A stretch of DNA of 64,000 nt from Hydrolagus colliei (lineage: Eukaryota). Positions 1-13,037 of the stretch are shown one piece after another; the stretch's first letter is position 1, and each line of letters opens with the position of its first letter. The stretch is taken from assembly GCA_035084275.1 (NCBI GenBank), contig CM068744.1, positions 71,114,001 to 71,178,000 on the forward strand, written 5' to 3'. The notes beneath the pieces were generated by a model that was given only the letters and a program-made list of their open reading frames with translations, was not told where the DNA came from and did no database searches. The translations under genes were made by a program, and so were the position numbers.

Positions 1-121
1 CGATGAAGTACGAAAATTTATTTGATTTAATGTTTATTACTGATGTTTTCCCAAAAGGGCAATGACCAGGAAAGAGATGCTTCACACTTTCTTATTACAT
101 CGGAGGAACATTTACTCTTAC

Positions 122-1510
122 CAGCATCATTGGCACCTTCTGCATATTCCACAAGTAGTTTCTGTCCAGCATGAGCTGCACTCAACAAATCCGGTTGTTT
201 AACACGTGTTGCGACAAGCTTGAGTGCGGGAAATTCTTGCTCTTCATAAGTCTGAGGTAACAAGAATAGATGTTGTTCAGATTGCATCACTAAAAACAAC
301 AAGGTTTTGGCACACATCAAGTCCTCTTACACACGATGGCACAATTGTGATACTCACTGAATATGAAACTCAATGTCAGTCAGAATAAGAATCTTTGCAG
401 TTAATATGCTGCCGTATTTTTTGTTGAAACACCTCCAAGTGCATCTTAGAATATACTGTAGATTTGGGTGACTGTGTGTATTTTGTGGACAAATGAAGCA
501 GCAAATTTGTTCACAATGAGTGACCAATTGTATTTGGGCGGCTGTTACTCAAGACACCAGGAGTATTTTGTTCTATTTTTGAATAGCACCATGGGATCTA
601 CTAAGATTTATTGTCCATCTGGACACACATATAGTACCATGGTTTAAAATCTCATTTGAATGATTGTGCCTTCCACATTTCAGGACCCCTCCTCTCCCCA
701 CAGCACGACACTGAAGCATCAGTAAAGACTATATATGTTTCAAGTCCGAGCTTTGGGCTTTACCCTTCTTAATCAGAGACAAGAGTGTCAGCAACTGAAC
801 CATTCTTACTTAAAAGTCATAGTACTTTTTTCTGTTTCAATTGATAGTGTATCTAATGGATGCTTAATTGGTTAGCTTTCCACCAACCAAATGATCACCT
901 CAGGCACAGGACAGATAATATGTCTTTGATCAATGTTGAAATGCTATTTCAGAAGTATTCATAATCTACTTTAAGTATGATTGAAATATATTCACATAGA
1001 AAAAAACATGGTAGTATTTCTGGTTGAGTCTGGTAGTATAGTAGTTGAGAGAGGAGGGAATGACAGTTTTGAAAATATGGAGGGAGAAATCAGTAGGGGT
1101 CGGAGTGTGCGGTCGAGATGGAGAACGGACCTTGTCTATTTTGGACTCAAAGAAATCTAGCATGTCCTCACAGTCAGAGTTTGTGGAGAGAGAGAATGGG
1201 CGAGGCATAGAAGGGTGAATTGAAGAGCCGGTTGGTTGTATAGAATAGGAATGAAAGGAGGAATGTTAGAGTGAGGGGAATGAGCCATAGAAGTGAGGGG
1301 TAGATCATGACATCCTCCTAAGGGAAACATGCAATATCAAATGCAAGGATTATTATAATAAATTATTATTTTACTTACATCATACTTTTTGACCACATCA
1401 GGTGTAGGGCAGTAATTTTCTTTGCAGTGTTCTTTCTGAAGATTATATGCTCCTGTTCCTCCAATTTGAAGCCCCAAAAGAACAGAAATAAGGAAGCAAG
1501 GTCTCAACAT
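122..1510 (-). CDS. SOUL/HEBP2-like gene copy A, exons 1 (1379-1510) and 2 (122-251) only; exons 3-4 would lie left of the window
   Basis: Matches exons 1-2 of copy B at offset 18876, with ATG at 1510 and GT/AG sites intact. Confidence 0.8.
545..805 (-). mobile_element. Old tRNA-head Deu-type SINE fragment in intron 1 of the SOUL-like gene
   Basis: Minus strand reads TGGTTCAGTTG-CTGACACTCTTGTCTCTGA...AGATCCCATGGTGCTATT..., resembling shark DeuSINEs; recognised by eye. Confidence 0.55.
1040..1330 (-). mobile_element. L2 ORF2 fragment in intron 1
   Basis: Peptide SDCEDMLDFFESKIDKVR is typical of the L2 ORF2 linker. Confidence 0.55.
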
Positions 1511-1600
1511 AGTGACTCGATCTCCGATCACCGCTGAAAGCAGCAAGTATCTATTTGTACCGTTAGGTGGATCTGTCCTGTAATTGGAACCTTTTTCTAC

Positions 1601-1607
1601 TTTTATA
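1601..1607 (-). promoter_or_regulatory. TATA box of SOUL-like copy A
   Basis: Same motif and spacing relative to ATG 1510. Confidence 0.55.
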
Positions 1608-2899
1608 GATATTACTTTGAATATTCTTTTTTGCATGAAGGAACATGTGTTCTGGAATACAATGACTTTTCATTATAAAATTAAGATTAACCCCAGACTA
1701 TGGCTGGCAGCCAGACTCTCCCAATGACCAAACCCTCGTGACAGCAGATATGCCTCACCGTACACTGGCTCGTGCATACAGACAGCACAGAAGTGCTTTG
1801 AGACATCAATAAGATGTGAAAAGCGCTGTATCAAATGCAAGGATTATTGTTATTACTGTGTTATTATTTAAATTTAATTTAGTTGTTGAGCTATAAGTAA
1901 GTATTTTCAGGACCATAATACTAAGAAGGTTCTGATTTGACCAAAAACACTCAACATTAAATCGTGGGCAAAGATCTTAACAATAATAATAGTCATCTTT
2001 CCCTCGGTCCCAAGTTTCCTCAAAACTTGCTTGATAAAATGGCATGGCATGAGAAATAATGTATCTGTCCCACCTGTGTTCCAAATTCTGTTAGCTGACA
2101 TGTATTTAGCACTGACCCGATCAACGGCTCAATAACTGCATACCACAATCTGTCAATGTACCAAGTTGGTTGTTTTCTGTCTGTCTACATTTTTCTAATA
2201 TTGAATTTGGATCTCTTGTGATGCATACCACAGCACTCATAGTGGCTCTGAGAACCCTTCCAATGTACCTTGCAAAATATTTAATTTGCAGCGGTAATAC
2301 GTTAAACACTCGAGTTGTGAGTGCCATTATTAGTAACCGCCTCTGATCCCACTCATCACAGGTGTTTTGTATGGCTAACCATGAAACTTTGTTAAAATAG
2401 TCGTAAATGAGCCTTCAGCCTCTCTTCCCCAGCCTTTGGAATTCTATTTCACAATCCTTCCACCTGGCCCCTCCCTAGTCTTCTTCAAATCCCACCTCAA
2501 GACCCTACTCTTCAACCGTGCCATTTGTCATCCTGCTAACCCCCCTTCCCTCCATCCTCCTCAATCCTGAACCCAGCTCTGATCAAAATCACTGCCTGTC
2601 CAACTCCTTGTGATATTCTCCCGAGATGAAAGACGCTATGTAAATACAATTTTATTTTTGTATCAAATACCAGGATTATTAATATTAATATTATCAAAAG
2701 GTATTCATACCCCACTACTGTTTACCTCTCTTCCATTGTCAAATTCCACATATATGTACAGTTTTATATGGCACACTGAAATGCTGGACAAAAGCATATC
2801 ATACTCCATCTGGTTCACCCTTAACCTTCCTGGAGGTCGCATGCACATATATCACAAACTACCTATACCGTATGTATATCTATATATACACCTTAATTA

Positions 2900-3370
2900 A
2901 ATTTCCTAAAGAAAACAATTGAATCTGTGTTTGGAAGAATCAACACTATCTGTTTCAACCATATCCTTGGAGCCTGTTCCCCAGGTTCACTATACACTCA
3001 CTGAATTAGCGTTTCAGTAGAGTCATTCTGAATTTCAATCATAGGCCATGACCTCTAGTTCTTTTATTCTGGACAAGCAAAACGAAAGTCTAGTTACGTT
3101 GACGCTCCTCAAAGACCAGTCCTTCCATTCCCTCAATCACTTTGGTTGCACTCTATTTATTCTCAATTTCTCCAATATCATTTTCATACTGTGGCTAGCA
3201 GAATGTTTAAGTAGTCCAGATATGGTCTCAATAATGGCAGTGGCACTTTTGGGGCTTGCTATTGATTTTTTTGATACAACACAACATCTGGTTTGCTTTA
3301 TTCACTGCCACAGAGCATATGGGAGAGCTTGAATTTTATTGCCAATCAGGACCCCTAGATCTCTTTCATT
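2900..3370 (-). mobile_element. Old CR1 3' fragment (longer version at ~62390-62940 in unit 4)
   Basis: The unit-4 copy encodes EGMEGLVFEERQSKLGMFKQENRRLKG...RTRGHGL, a CR1 ORF2 C-terminus. Confidence 0.65.
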
Positions 3371-3974
3371 TCCAAACAAGAAGAACTTTGGACACACATC
3401 GGGTGAGCCACAAGTTTAAACTTTACTGGGACTTTGCTATCATTGAAAAGGCATGAGCATAAATTATAGATTTTAGTCTATGCTGTATAATTATCAAGTT
3501 AATGGGTTAACATTTGTTATTCTCCAGTCCCCCAGGTATGACTCCAGGAATTACAGATCTCCTGAATAACAACTATTTAATTTCATATTTCCATGGTGGT
3601 TGTAGGCTGTATCCCACCAGGGCTGTTACCTTAGGATATTCAAATCTTTCAGTTTAATATTCACTTTACCCAAACATGGACAAACCTGCCTGGGTGGTGG
3701 AGCAGTCAGCACAGCATTTCTGCCTATGCAAACTTCATTATGATCAGCGACACTCTATCACCTGCTTTTCCTATTTCAGGTGCTGACTGGATGGGTCCTG
3801 GTACAGAAAGTCTAGAGACTCGAGTCAAGCATAAAAATACACACATTTTAGGAGTGCTGTGGGGAGGCTCATGTCAGCTATTATATAGCTATTAGCCAAT
3901 CTCAACTGATAGAAGGTTGTAAATTCAAGACCAAATGCAGATTCTGAAATCACACAGACTAGTCTGCAATGCAA

Positions 3975-5960
3975 TACAACAACAACTTGCATTTATGTAA
4001 CATCCTCCATGGCAGGCGGCATCTCAGAGCACTCCACAGTAGCGGAGCCCAGGGCTGAGCCAGTGTGAGATGGAAGGTGACCATAGGTACGGTTGAACAG
4101 AAAGGTCTTCAGGCATGACCTGAAAATGGAAAATATGGGGGCAAGGCAAAACGATTGAGGGAGGGAGTTCCAGAGTTTCGGAGCATGGTGGCTGAAAAGA
4201 GGAAGAGGAGGATGTCAGCCTCAGGAGATCAAAGGCAGCGGGTACTGCTGTGAGGAGAGAGGAGGTTACAGAGGTAGTGGGTGCTGATGATTGGAGGGAT
4301 TTAAACACAAGAGTGAGGATCTTGAAGTATCTCTACCCTGTGACAGGGAGCCAGTCAAGTCAGGCAAGGACTGGGGTAATCAGGGAGCAAACTTTGGTTC
4401 AGAGAGTGCGGGCAGTGGAATTCTGCATGAGCTGAATATTGTGAATGGTGGCAGAAGCGAGACCGGTAACTAGGGCATTGGTGTAGTCCAGCTGAGATGT
4501 GACGAAGACATGGAACATGGATTCGGCAGCTTTTGGGCAAAGATATTGGTAGAGACCAGCAATGAGGCAGACATGGAAAAAGGCAATGCTGGTGAAGGTA
4601 TCCCATGTCTGCAGAAAACATCAACAAGAAGGAGCATGTAGATAAATAGAAGAGGGCCAAACATGGATCCCTGGGATATCCCTTAGGTGCCTAGGCAATA
4701 ACGAGAGGAAAGCCATTGGTAGAGATCCAATGCTGGTGGTTTGTGAGGCCACGAGGTCCCACTGAGATGTATGGCGGAGGACAGTCGGTGGAGGAGGATG
4801 GAGTGATCAACTTTGTCAAAGGTGGCGGAAAGGTCCAGGAAGATACAGAGACAGAGGGACCCCTGGTTGCAGATAGAGAGGACATCGTTTGTGAGTGTCA
4901 CAAGCGTAATCTCTATCCTGTGGGAAAGGCAGAATCCAGACTGGAGGGGTTCAAATAGGGTGTGGAGGAAGAGGTGTGCATTGAGTTTGTTGGCAACAAT
5001 GCATTCTAAACCTTTTGCAATGAAGGGCAGATTTGAGATAGTGTGGAATTAGCTAGATTTGGAGGGATCAAAGGTAGGTTTTTTAAGGAGATGCGTGATG
5101 ACAGCAGTTCTGAGAGCCGGAGGGACTGTTCCTGAAGAGAGGGACTGACTAATGGTGTCTGCCAACAATGGACAAAGGAAATGCAGCTAGGCAATCAGCA
5201 AGTTGGTTGGAAAGGGGGTAGAGGCAGCAGGGGGTGGGTTTCATAGTAGTGATGGTGGAGCAAGGAGAGATTGGGAAGAAGGAATATAGGATGGGGTTCG
5301 TGGTGAGAGCTGAGGATGGGATGGGCGAGGGAGACAGACTGGAGGTGCTGGTGGGCAACAAGTAGCGGGAGGGTGAGGCTGCCAGGTGGATGTTATTGAT
5401 TTTGGTTGAAAGGAAGTCCTTGACCTCTTCACATTTGGTGTTGGATGTGAAAATTGAGGATGCATGTGGGGGCGCAAGGAGGAGGTGCTGGATGGTGGAG
5501 AAAAGGACCTTGGAGTTGTTTCAGAATGATGTTGAAGTAGTACACCATTTTTGTGTGTGACAAGGAATGGCGGTAGCTGTGAATATGCTCGAGCCACAGT
5601 TGGTGAAGCCAGTTTTCTGCCATCTGCACTCAGGCAGCCGGTATGAGATTTCAGCGAGTGGAAATGGTCACTGTACCAAGGGGATCGGGTGGGTTTGGAG
5701 ATGGGCGTGGATTTCAGATATGACTGTGAAGGAGCTGGATTGTAAGATGTGTCTTTTTTGGATGAGATGTTACACTGAGGTCCCATCTACCTCAGAGATT
5801 GGATGCACATTTAAGAACACATAGGACTACTGTACTTGAAAAGTGAAGCAAGATTTTCCCAGGATTCTGTCAAACAGTGTGTCAGCCCGTCTGGTTGGGT
5901 CCCACTAAGATAGATGAGGGAGGAAAGGTGATGGAGGAGGATGGAGTGGTCGACTGGAGG
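3975..5960 (-). mobile_element. Old degraded L2-type LINE (copies at ~22851-24836 and ~41710-43633)
   Basis: RT remnants LDLSATFDKVDHSILLHRL and FVTSQLDYTNALVTGL, RSPWY motif, 3' tail TAAATGCAAG(TTG)n. Confidence 0.8.
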
Positions 5961-6242
5961 ACAAAGAGGCAGGCAGTTCTTCTCAAACTCCCTGTATCCT
6001 CACATCAGACGACCCTTGAAAAGAGGTCCTAGGCTTCTTCGCCTCAAGCTCTGTAAACAATCACTTGGCTGAATTTTTCCCCTTCACACCACCACTCGTC
6101 CCACTCCCCCACTCCACCTTCTACCCCCACGCTAACCATCCACAGTGCCTCCTCTCTCCACCATGGGTCCTACCACTCTCCCCTTCCTGCTCTCTTTTGT
6201 TCCCATTTCTCCCTTCTCCCTCTCCACTGCCAACCGCCTTCA

Positions 6243-6945
6243 TATGAAAACGGTGGAATTACAGAAATTGGCTTCTTTTAAAAATAAACTTGGAAGATTC
6301 TTCTAACTTGTATGTATGAAATTGTACAATGTGCTTCAATCTGTTCTGCCACTTTAGTTTGTTACTAACATTAACTCTCTGAATGGATAAGTTGATATTG
6401 AAGTTAAATTTCTCAATAAACGGTATCAGACACTTCACATATGAAATTAATTGATCACCACTTGATTTTCCAACCACACAGTCAGGAAACATTCGGGATA
6501 CAAAGTTCACCTGGGTTAAGTTACTCAATTTGCTTTGCATTGTAAAACACCCACAATTTGGCAGTTTTTCACATTCACAAAGAACAGTTTTGAATCGTGT
6601 CAATTATCTTTAGCAATCAGCCCCATAATTTAATACCTTCTGACCAGGTACCATTTGGCTGAGTCAGCACAGCATTCCCTCCAGGATCAATGAATGCATC
6701 TTTCCGAAAGTGACGTATCTCAAATGGATTTAAGAAGAGGCTAAGAGTAAATATAGAATTACTGTATTGTGTGCTCCTATTAACAAGGTTCTCACCAAAC
6801 ACATTTTACTTGTGGTGGAATTTGTTTTTGATTCTTTGTGCCATTTCTTTTCCAAGCAGCTGGTATATATTCTTACGGTGAAATAAAAGGGTGTTGCATC
6901 CAATCACTTGCTAATTTTACGTCACTTTCTTACTGGGAAATAAAC
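6243..6945 (+). pseudogene. Inverted relic of another SOUL-like paralog: last codons of exon 4 (YENGGITEIGFF*) plus 3' UTR
   Basis: Reverse-complement homology to ~16800-17545 (e.g. TGCTTCAATCTGTTCTGCCACTTTAGTT and GAAATAAAAGGGTGTTGCATC), including AATAAA at 6882-6887. Confidence 0.75.
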
Positions 6946-7439
6946 TCTGCCTTTGGTTTGGTCATATCGTATCTTTTTGTGTGCCAGAAAAATACATGAA
7001 GATAGCAGGAGCTACGAAAGAGAAAATTAACTGTTTTAGTAATGGAATGTACACTCTGCCTCCCCGGAGGGATGCAGTAGTGTTGTGTCCTGCACTGTGA
7101 TCCATGAGTCACTCTGCTTCACTGGCTTGGAACCCACCAGCAGGTTCAGTTCAATGTCCTCATATTAATCTTTGCATCCTTCCATGGTCTCCTCCACATA
7201 ACACATTTCATGTCCCTCCACCCACCAGCTTCACTGTCACAGTATCAGTCCCCATTCCCTGGAACTCCATCCCCCAAACCCTTCAGTTTGTCCCTTACCT
7301 TTCGCCTTTCAAACTCCAGATAAAGGCTTTCCTCCTTCACTCCCATTCCGCTTTCATACTGAATATCTTGATGTAAATCAAGATTTGCATCAATAGTGTA
7401 TCAATAATACATCAATGTCGTTATTTTAACCCCGTGTCA

Positions 7440-7650
7440 TGTGAATAATCACTCCCAAAAAAAAACAATAATAAAATTGGTCATTTCAATCCACAACTGT
7501 GTGTGGGACACTGCTGTGCGCAATCGGCTGCCGCGATTCGCCCACAAATATGTACAGTCAAATCACTTTACAGTGTATTCTGTGAAGCGCTTTGGGACAT
7601 TGATAAGATGTGGAAAGCACTATACCAAATGCAAGAATTATTATTATTAT
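7440..7650 (+). mobile_element. 5'-truncated copy of the same SINE (also ~26316-26532 and ~45113-45332)
   Basis: Matches 13170-13371; the (TTA)n tail length differs among units. Confidence 0.8.
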
Positions 7651-8609
7651 GAATCACCACCATGTTTGGTGATTGTGTGGTTGGAACAAGGAGTTCCAAA
7701 GGGCGGGAGCAGAGAGGCTGAAAGCATTTGCACCGATGGTTGGGCAGGTCAGGGTAGGCCTGATGGGGTCATGACACATGGTGTCGTCCCCAAGCCTTGG
7801 CCCTTGTCTTCATGCACTTAATGTCTTTCAGATTTGCAAGACAATAAAATATTGCAATTATCAAGCAGCTTTCTTGTCCGAAGGATGTCCCCAGGTGCTG
7901 AATATGTCAGAGTATTTTCCAAGCTGGGTGGAGACTGGGCATTGAACAGCAAGTCCTTGATTCAGCCTTTGAAAGAAGAAGTTGAAGGAGCAAGCTGAAG
8001 GGACTTTGGGATGGACTGCAGATAATGTGGACAGATACCACACACAGAGAGACATACATGATAACAATAATAATCTTTGCATTTGATAACAGTAATCTCT
8101 CAATAATAATCTTTGCCTGATCACATCATCACACTGTATCAAAGCACATCACAGAATATATTTTAGAGTGAATTGACTGTATATTTGTTGCATGAAACCG
8201 AGAAAGATTCACACATACCCATAGAGAAGCACAAGCATACTCAGCGAGAAAGAGAGACAAATAATCACATGTAGAGGCACATACTTACAGATACAGAGAG
8301 ACAAACAAGCAAGCACATTCATACACACACACACACACACATACATACATACATAGATACAAAGAGAGACACAGACAGAGAGATATCAGATAGTCTTGAG
8401 GCCAATACTTGAGGCAGAGGGTTAGTGGGACATAAGCAGCCCACAGACATGGGGCCTATTGGGGCTAGAGGCAGGGCAGAGGGAGGAGAATGGGCAGGGT
8501 ACTCATTGTGTAGGTGCCCAACATGGGAAACGACACCAAGCAGCCTGCAAGGGACAGACAGGGGAGGGGAAGGAGGCAGATACTATAGACAAACGACACC
8601 ATACTACAG

Positions 8610-8960
8610 CAACAACAAAATTACATTTGTTTAGAGCCTTTGACATCGGGAGGACTTCCCAAGGCACTGAACAGTCAACATTTCACACCAGAGCTAGGGT
8701 TGTGATCAGGGAGCGTAGAGGGAAGGGAGGGGAAGTGTGGTGACCAATGGTACGGTCAAAGAGGTGGGTCTTGAAGCGGGTCTTGATGGTGGAGGAGACG
8801 AGGCTGAGGGATTGCGGGATGGAATTCCAAAGTTGGGGGCTGATTGGCTGAAGGCTTGCCCGTCAATGGTGGGGCATGTGGGTCAGGGGACAAGGAGCAG
8901 ACTGGAGTCCGCTGAGCACAGGGAGTGGACACGTTGGTAGCGGGTTTACTTCATTGTAGA
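8610..8960 (-). mobile_element. L2/SINE 3' fragment
   Basis: L2-like tail on the minus strand with a GGAATTCCAAAGTTGGGGGC segment; degraded. Confidence 0.5.
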
Positions 8961-9211
8961 AACTATTAGATGCGGGTTGGCAAGTACCAAGGTTTGGAGG
9001 CAGAGTGGGCGTTGGGGTAACTGCTGGCACGCAGATACCCAGAGGGAATCATGACATACTCAGCGAGAGAAACAGATAAACACTCATCCATAGAGGGACA
9101 CATTTATTGGCAAATGCAGGCATAACAACAACAACAATTAAATTAGCTATGCACCCAAAAGTTGGTATGGACTGAGGGAATATGAATAACCCTGAATACT
9201 GGGAGAATCTC

Positions 9212-12200
9212 GGAAGGTGTGTTGCCTACCAGGTGCCAGGGTTGAAGACTTGACTGAGCGGGTCCAGGAAATTCTGCTAGGGGAAGGGGAAAATCCACTT
9301 GTGGTGGTCCATGTTGGGACCCATGAAGTTGAGAGGAAAAGACCTGAGATGCTCCAGGGAGAGTACCAGAGACTAGGGAGTAAACTAAAAAGTGGAACTT
9401 CGAGAGTGGTGATCTCTGGGTTGCTTCCAGTGCCTCGAGCAAGCCAGTTCCAGAATGCTAGAATAAGGCACATCAATGCATGGCTGGAGAAGTGGTGTAG
9501 GAAGGAGGGTTTCTGGTTCCTAGACCATTGGGACCAATTCTGGGGTAGGTGGAACCTGTACAAAATGGATGGGTTACACCTGAACAGGGCTGGAACCAAT
9601 CTCCTTGCAGGGAGGTTGTTGAGTTTTGTGGGGGGGGCTTTAAACTAATCCCGGGGGGTGAGGGTGGGAAACTGATCAGTAGTTCAAATACGGGAGGGGT
9701 AATAAAGAGGACAGGGCTAAAGGTAAGACGGGAGAAAAATGCAGAGGAAGTAATTTGTGCCTTAGAGTGCATGTATGTAAATGCACGAAGTTTGAGAAAT
9801 AAAATTGGTGAGCTGCAGGCTCAGGTTGCTGCGAGGCGATATGATGTTATAGCAGTAACAGAGACTTGGCTCCAGCATGGGCAGGAATGGGAGTTGAACA
9901 TTCCTGGTTATAATGTATTCAGGAGGGATAGAGAGGGGAGAAAAGGGGGCGGGGTGGCAATTTTTGTTAAGGACTCAGTGACTGCCTTATAAAGGAACAA
10001 GGTGGAAGAAGGACTAAAAACCGAATCTATCTGGTTAGAATTGAGGAATAAAAAAGGTGCAGTTACACTGTTAGGGGTATACTATAGACCACCAAATAGT
10101 GGGGAGGAGATAGACAAACAGATCTGCAAGCGTATCACGGAGAAATGCAGAACTAATAGAGTAGTGATAATGGGTGACTTCAACTATCCCAACATAGACT
10201 GGCAGAATAGTAGAGTAAAGGGCAAGGAGGGAGAAGAATTCCTGAAGTGTGTGCAGGACAACTTTCTTGATCAGTATGTTTCCAGTCCAACGAGGAAAGA
10301 AGCATTGCTGGATCTAGTTTTGGGAAATGAGGTAGGGCAAGTTCAACAGGTTTCTGTAGGTGAGCATCTAGGGAATAGTGACCACAATATCGTTAGATTC
10401 AGAATAATTATGGAAAGGGATAAGGAACGATCACAGGTGAGGACACTCAACTGGAAAAGGGCTAATTTCAATGAGTTGAGATGGGACCTAGCCAAGGTGG
10501 ATTGGAAAGAAAAATTGGCAGGTAAGACAACTAACGAGCAGTGGGCAGCGTTCAAAGAGGAGATAGTTCAGGCACAGGTCAAAAGCATGCCCACAAAGGT
10601 GAAATGTAAGGCATCCAAACCTCCCTGGATGACTAAGGAAATCGGGGCCAAAATCAAACAAAAAAAGAGGCTTATGATAAGCGACAGACTCAAAATTCAG
10701 AAGGGAACAAAGCAGAATATAGGAAGTGTAGGATAGAACTAAAAAAGGAAGTTAGAGGGGCAAAGAGACTGCATGAAAAACAATTAGCGAGTAAGATTAA
10801 GGGGAACCCTAAGGTTTTTTACCAACATATTAAGAGTAAAAGGTTGGTCAAGGAGAGGGTGGGGCCAATTAGGGACCTAGGAGGAAATCTCATTGTGGAG
10901 GCAGAGGGCATGGCTGATGTACTGAATGAGTACTTCGCCTCTGTCTTCACAAAAGAAAAGGATACAGCCAATGCCATGGTATTAGAGGAGAGGGTAGGAG
11001 AAATGGATAGAATAATTATAACCAGAGAGGAAGTGCTAAAAAGGTTGACGTCGCTCAAGGTGGATAAGTCACCTGGTCCGGATGGGATGCACCCTAGGTT
11101 ACTAAGTGAGGCACGGGAGCAAATAGCAGGGACTCTGGCCACGATCTTTCAATCTTCCTTGGACACAGGGGTCGTGCCAGAGGACTGGAGGATAGCTAAT
11201 GTTACTCCCTTGTACAAAAAGGGGCAGAAGGACAAGCCTGGTAACTACAGACCAGTCAGTCTAACGTCGGTAGTGGGCAAACTTCTAGAGTCCATAATCA
11301 GGGACAAGGTAGATCTTCACTTAGAAAGATATAGGCTAATAAAGGACAGTCAACATGGATTTGTTAAAGGCAAATCTTGCCTTACAAATCTGATAGAATT
11401 TTTTGATGAGGTAACGGAATGGGTGGATAATGGTAGATGGTTGATGTAGTTTACATGGACTTTCAAAAGGCATTTGACAAAGTGCCACATGAGAGACTTA
11501 TTATGAAATTAAAGGCCCATGGCATAAAAGGGACAGTGGCAGCGTGGATCCACAACTGGCTGCGAGACAGAGAGCAGAGAGTTGTAGTGAGCGGCTGTTT
11601 TTCAGATTGGAGGGAAGTGAGCAGTGGTGTGCCACAGGGATCGGTTTTGGGACCATTGCTGTTTGTAATCTACATCAATGATCTGGACTTGGGTGTACGG
11701 AGTACGGTTTCCAAGTTTGCAGATGACACTAAGTTAGGGAGAATAGTAAACAGTGATGAGGATAGTAGCCATCTGCAAGAGGATATAGACAAATTGGTAA
11801 AGTGGGCAGACACATGGCAGATGAAGTTTAATGCAGAGAAGTGTGAGGTGATGCATTTTGGGAGAAGAAATGAAGGGAGGCAATATAGGCTAGATAGTAC
11901 AATTTTAAATGGTGTAAAGGAACAGAGAGACCTGGGGATTTGTGTTAGTGACTCGTTGAAGGTGGCAGGACAGGTAGACAAGGCTGTTTAGAAGGCATAT
12001 GGGATACTAGGCTTTATAAATAGGGGTATAGAGTACAAAAGTCAGGAAGTGCTGACTAACCTCTATAGGACTTTGGTGAGGCCTCAGCTGGAATACTGTG
12101 TTCAATTCTGGTCACCACACTACAGAAAGGATGTGAAGGCATTGGAAAGGGTACAAAGAAGATTTACTAGGATGGTGCCAGGATTGAGGGACTTCAGCTA

Positions 12201-12637
12201 TGAGGAGAGGCTAGATAGGCTAGGGTTATTCTCTCTGGAGCAGAGAAGATTGAGGGGCGACCTAATAGAGGTTTATAAGATCATGAGGGGTTTCGACAGG
12301 GCAAATAGAGAAAAACTATTTCCACTCGTGGGTGAATCTGTGACTCATGGTCACAGATTTAAAATAGTTTCAAGGCGCAGTAGAGGGGAGCTGAGGAGAA
12401 ATTTTTTCACTCAGCGAGTTGTTCGAATCTGGAATGCATTGCCTGAAAAGGTGGTGGAGGCTGATTCGATAACAACTTTTAAAAGGGAATTAGATCTTTA
12501 TTTAGGGAGAACGGGTCTATTAGGCTATGGGGAGCGGGCAGGGCAGTGGGATTCAATCGCTCTTTTCAAAGAGCCGGCACAGACTAGATGGGCCGAATGG
12601 CCTCCTTTTGTGCCGTAAAATTCTATGATTCTATGAT
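9212..12637 (+). mobile_element. 5'-truncated young CR1 LINE: end of ORF1 (SGNH esterase-like) plus ORF2 (APE endonuclease, RT), inactivated
   Basis: ORF1 motifs CCLPGARV, VVHVGT, DGLHLN; EN motifs YVNARSL, VTETWL, GDFN, SDHN; RT motifs GVPQGSVLGP, FADD. (ATTCTATG)n tail and AATCTC TSD (9206-9211 / 12638-12643). Stops at 9990 and 11989, frameshifts near 10670 and 11437. Empty site at ~46880 in unit 3. Confidence 0.96.
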
Positions 12638-13037
12638 AATCTCCCTTCTCTTTGTGGGATAGGGGATAAACACAGCCTATAAGCATCTGAAACAGGAAAA
12701 GCAGGTGAGGGTGTGTGGCTCATGTTAACGAGTTTGACATTGGCACCAATGCTGTGCTGACTGCTCCACCTGAGCAAGTTTCTGTCCATGTTTTGGGAGA
12801 AGTGAGTATTACATTCAAAGATTTGAATGTCTGTAAGGTAACAGCAAAGGTGAGACGCACCCTACAACCATCAAGGACATCTGAAATGAAATAGTTGTTG
12901 TGCATGAGATCTGTAAATCTTGGGAGTCATAACTCAGGAAGGACTGATGAATAACAAACGTTATCCAATTAATCTGCTAATTATACATCACTTTGACTGA
13001 AATTTGTCCCGATGAAGGTTAAACTTGTGGCATACGT

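Noticed and set aside
1337-1636. Upstream in-frame ATG at 1636 as the gene start
   Set aside because: It lies upstream of the TATA box; ATG 1510 directly begins the signal-peptide-like segment.
6259-6603. 114-aa minus-strand ORF with cysteines
   Set aside because: Antisense reading of the inverted paralog's 3' UTR; the frame is not conserved in the homologous region at 17200-17530.
7826-8030. Possible plus-strand exon after TTTCAG
   Set aside because: No recognisable protein similarity, no convincing donor or partner exons.
9212-12637. Active autonomous CR1 or a domesticated RT gene
   Set aside because: 5'-truncated, with two stops and two frameshifts in ORF2.
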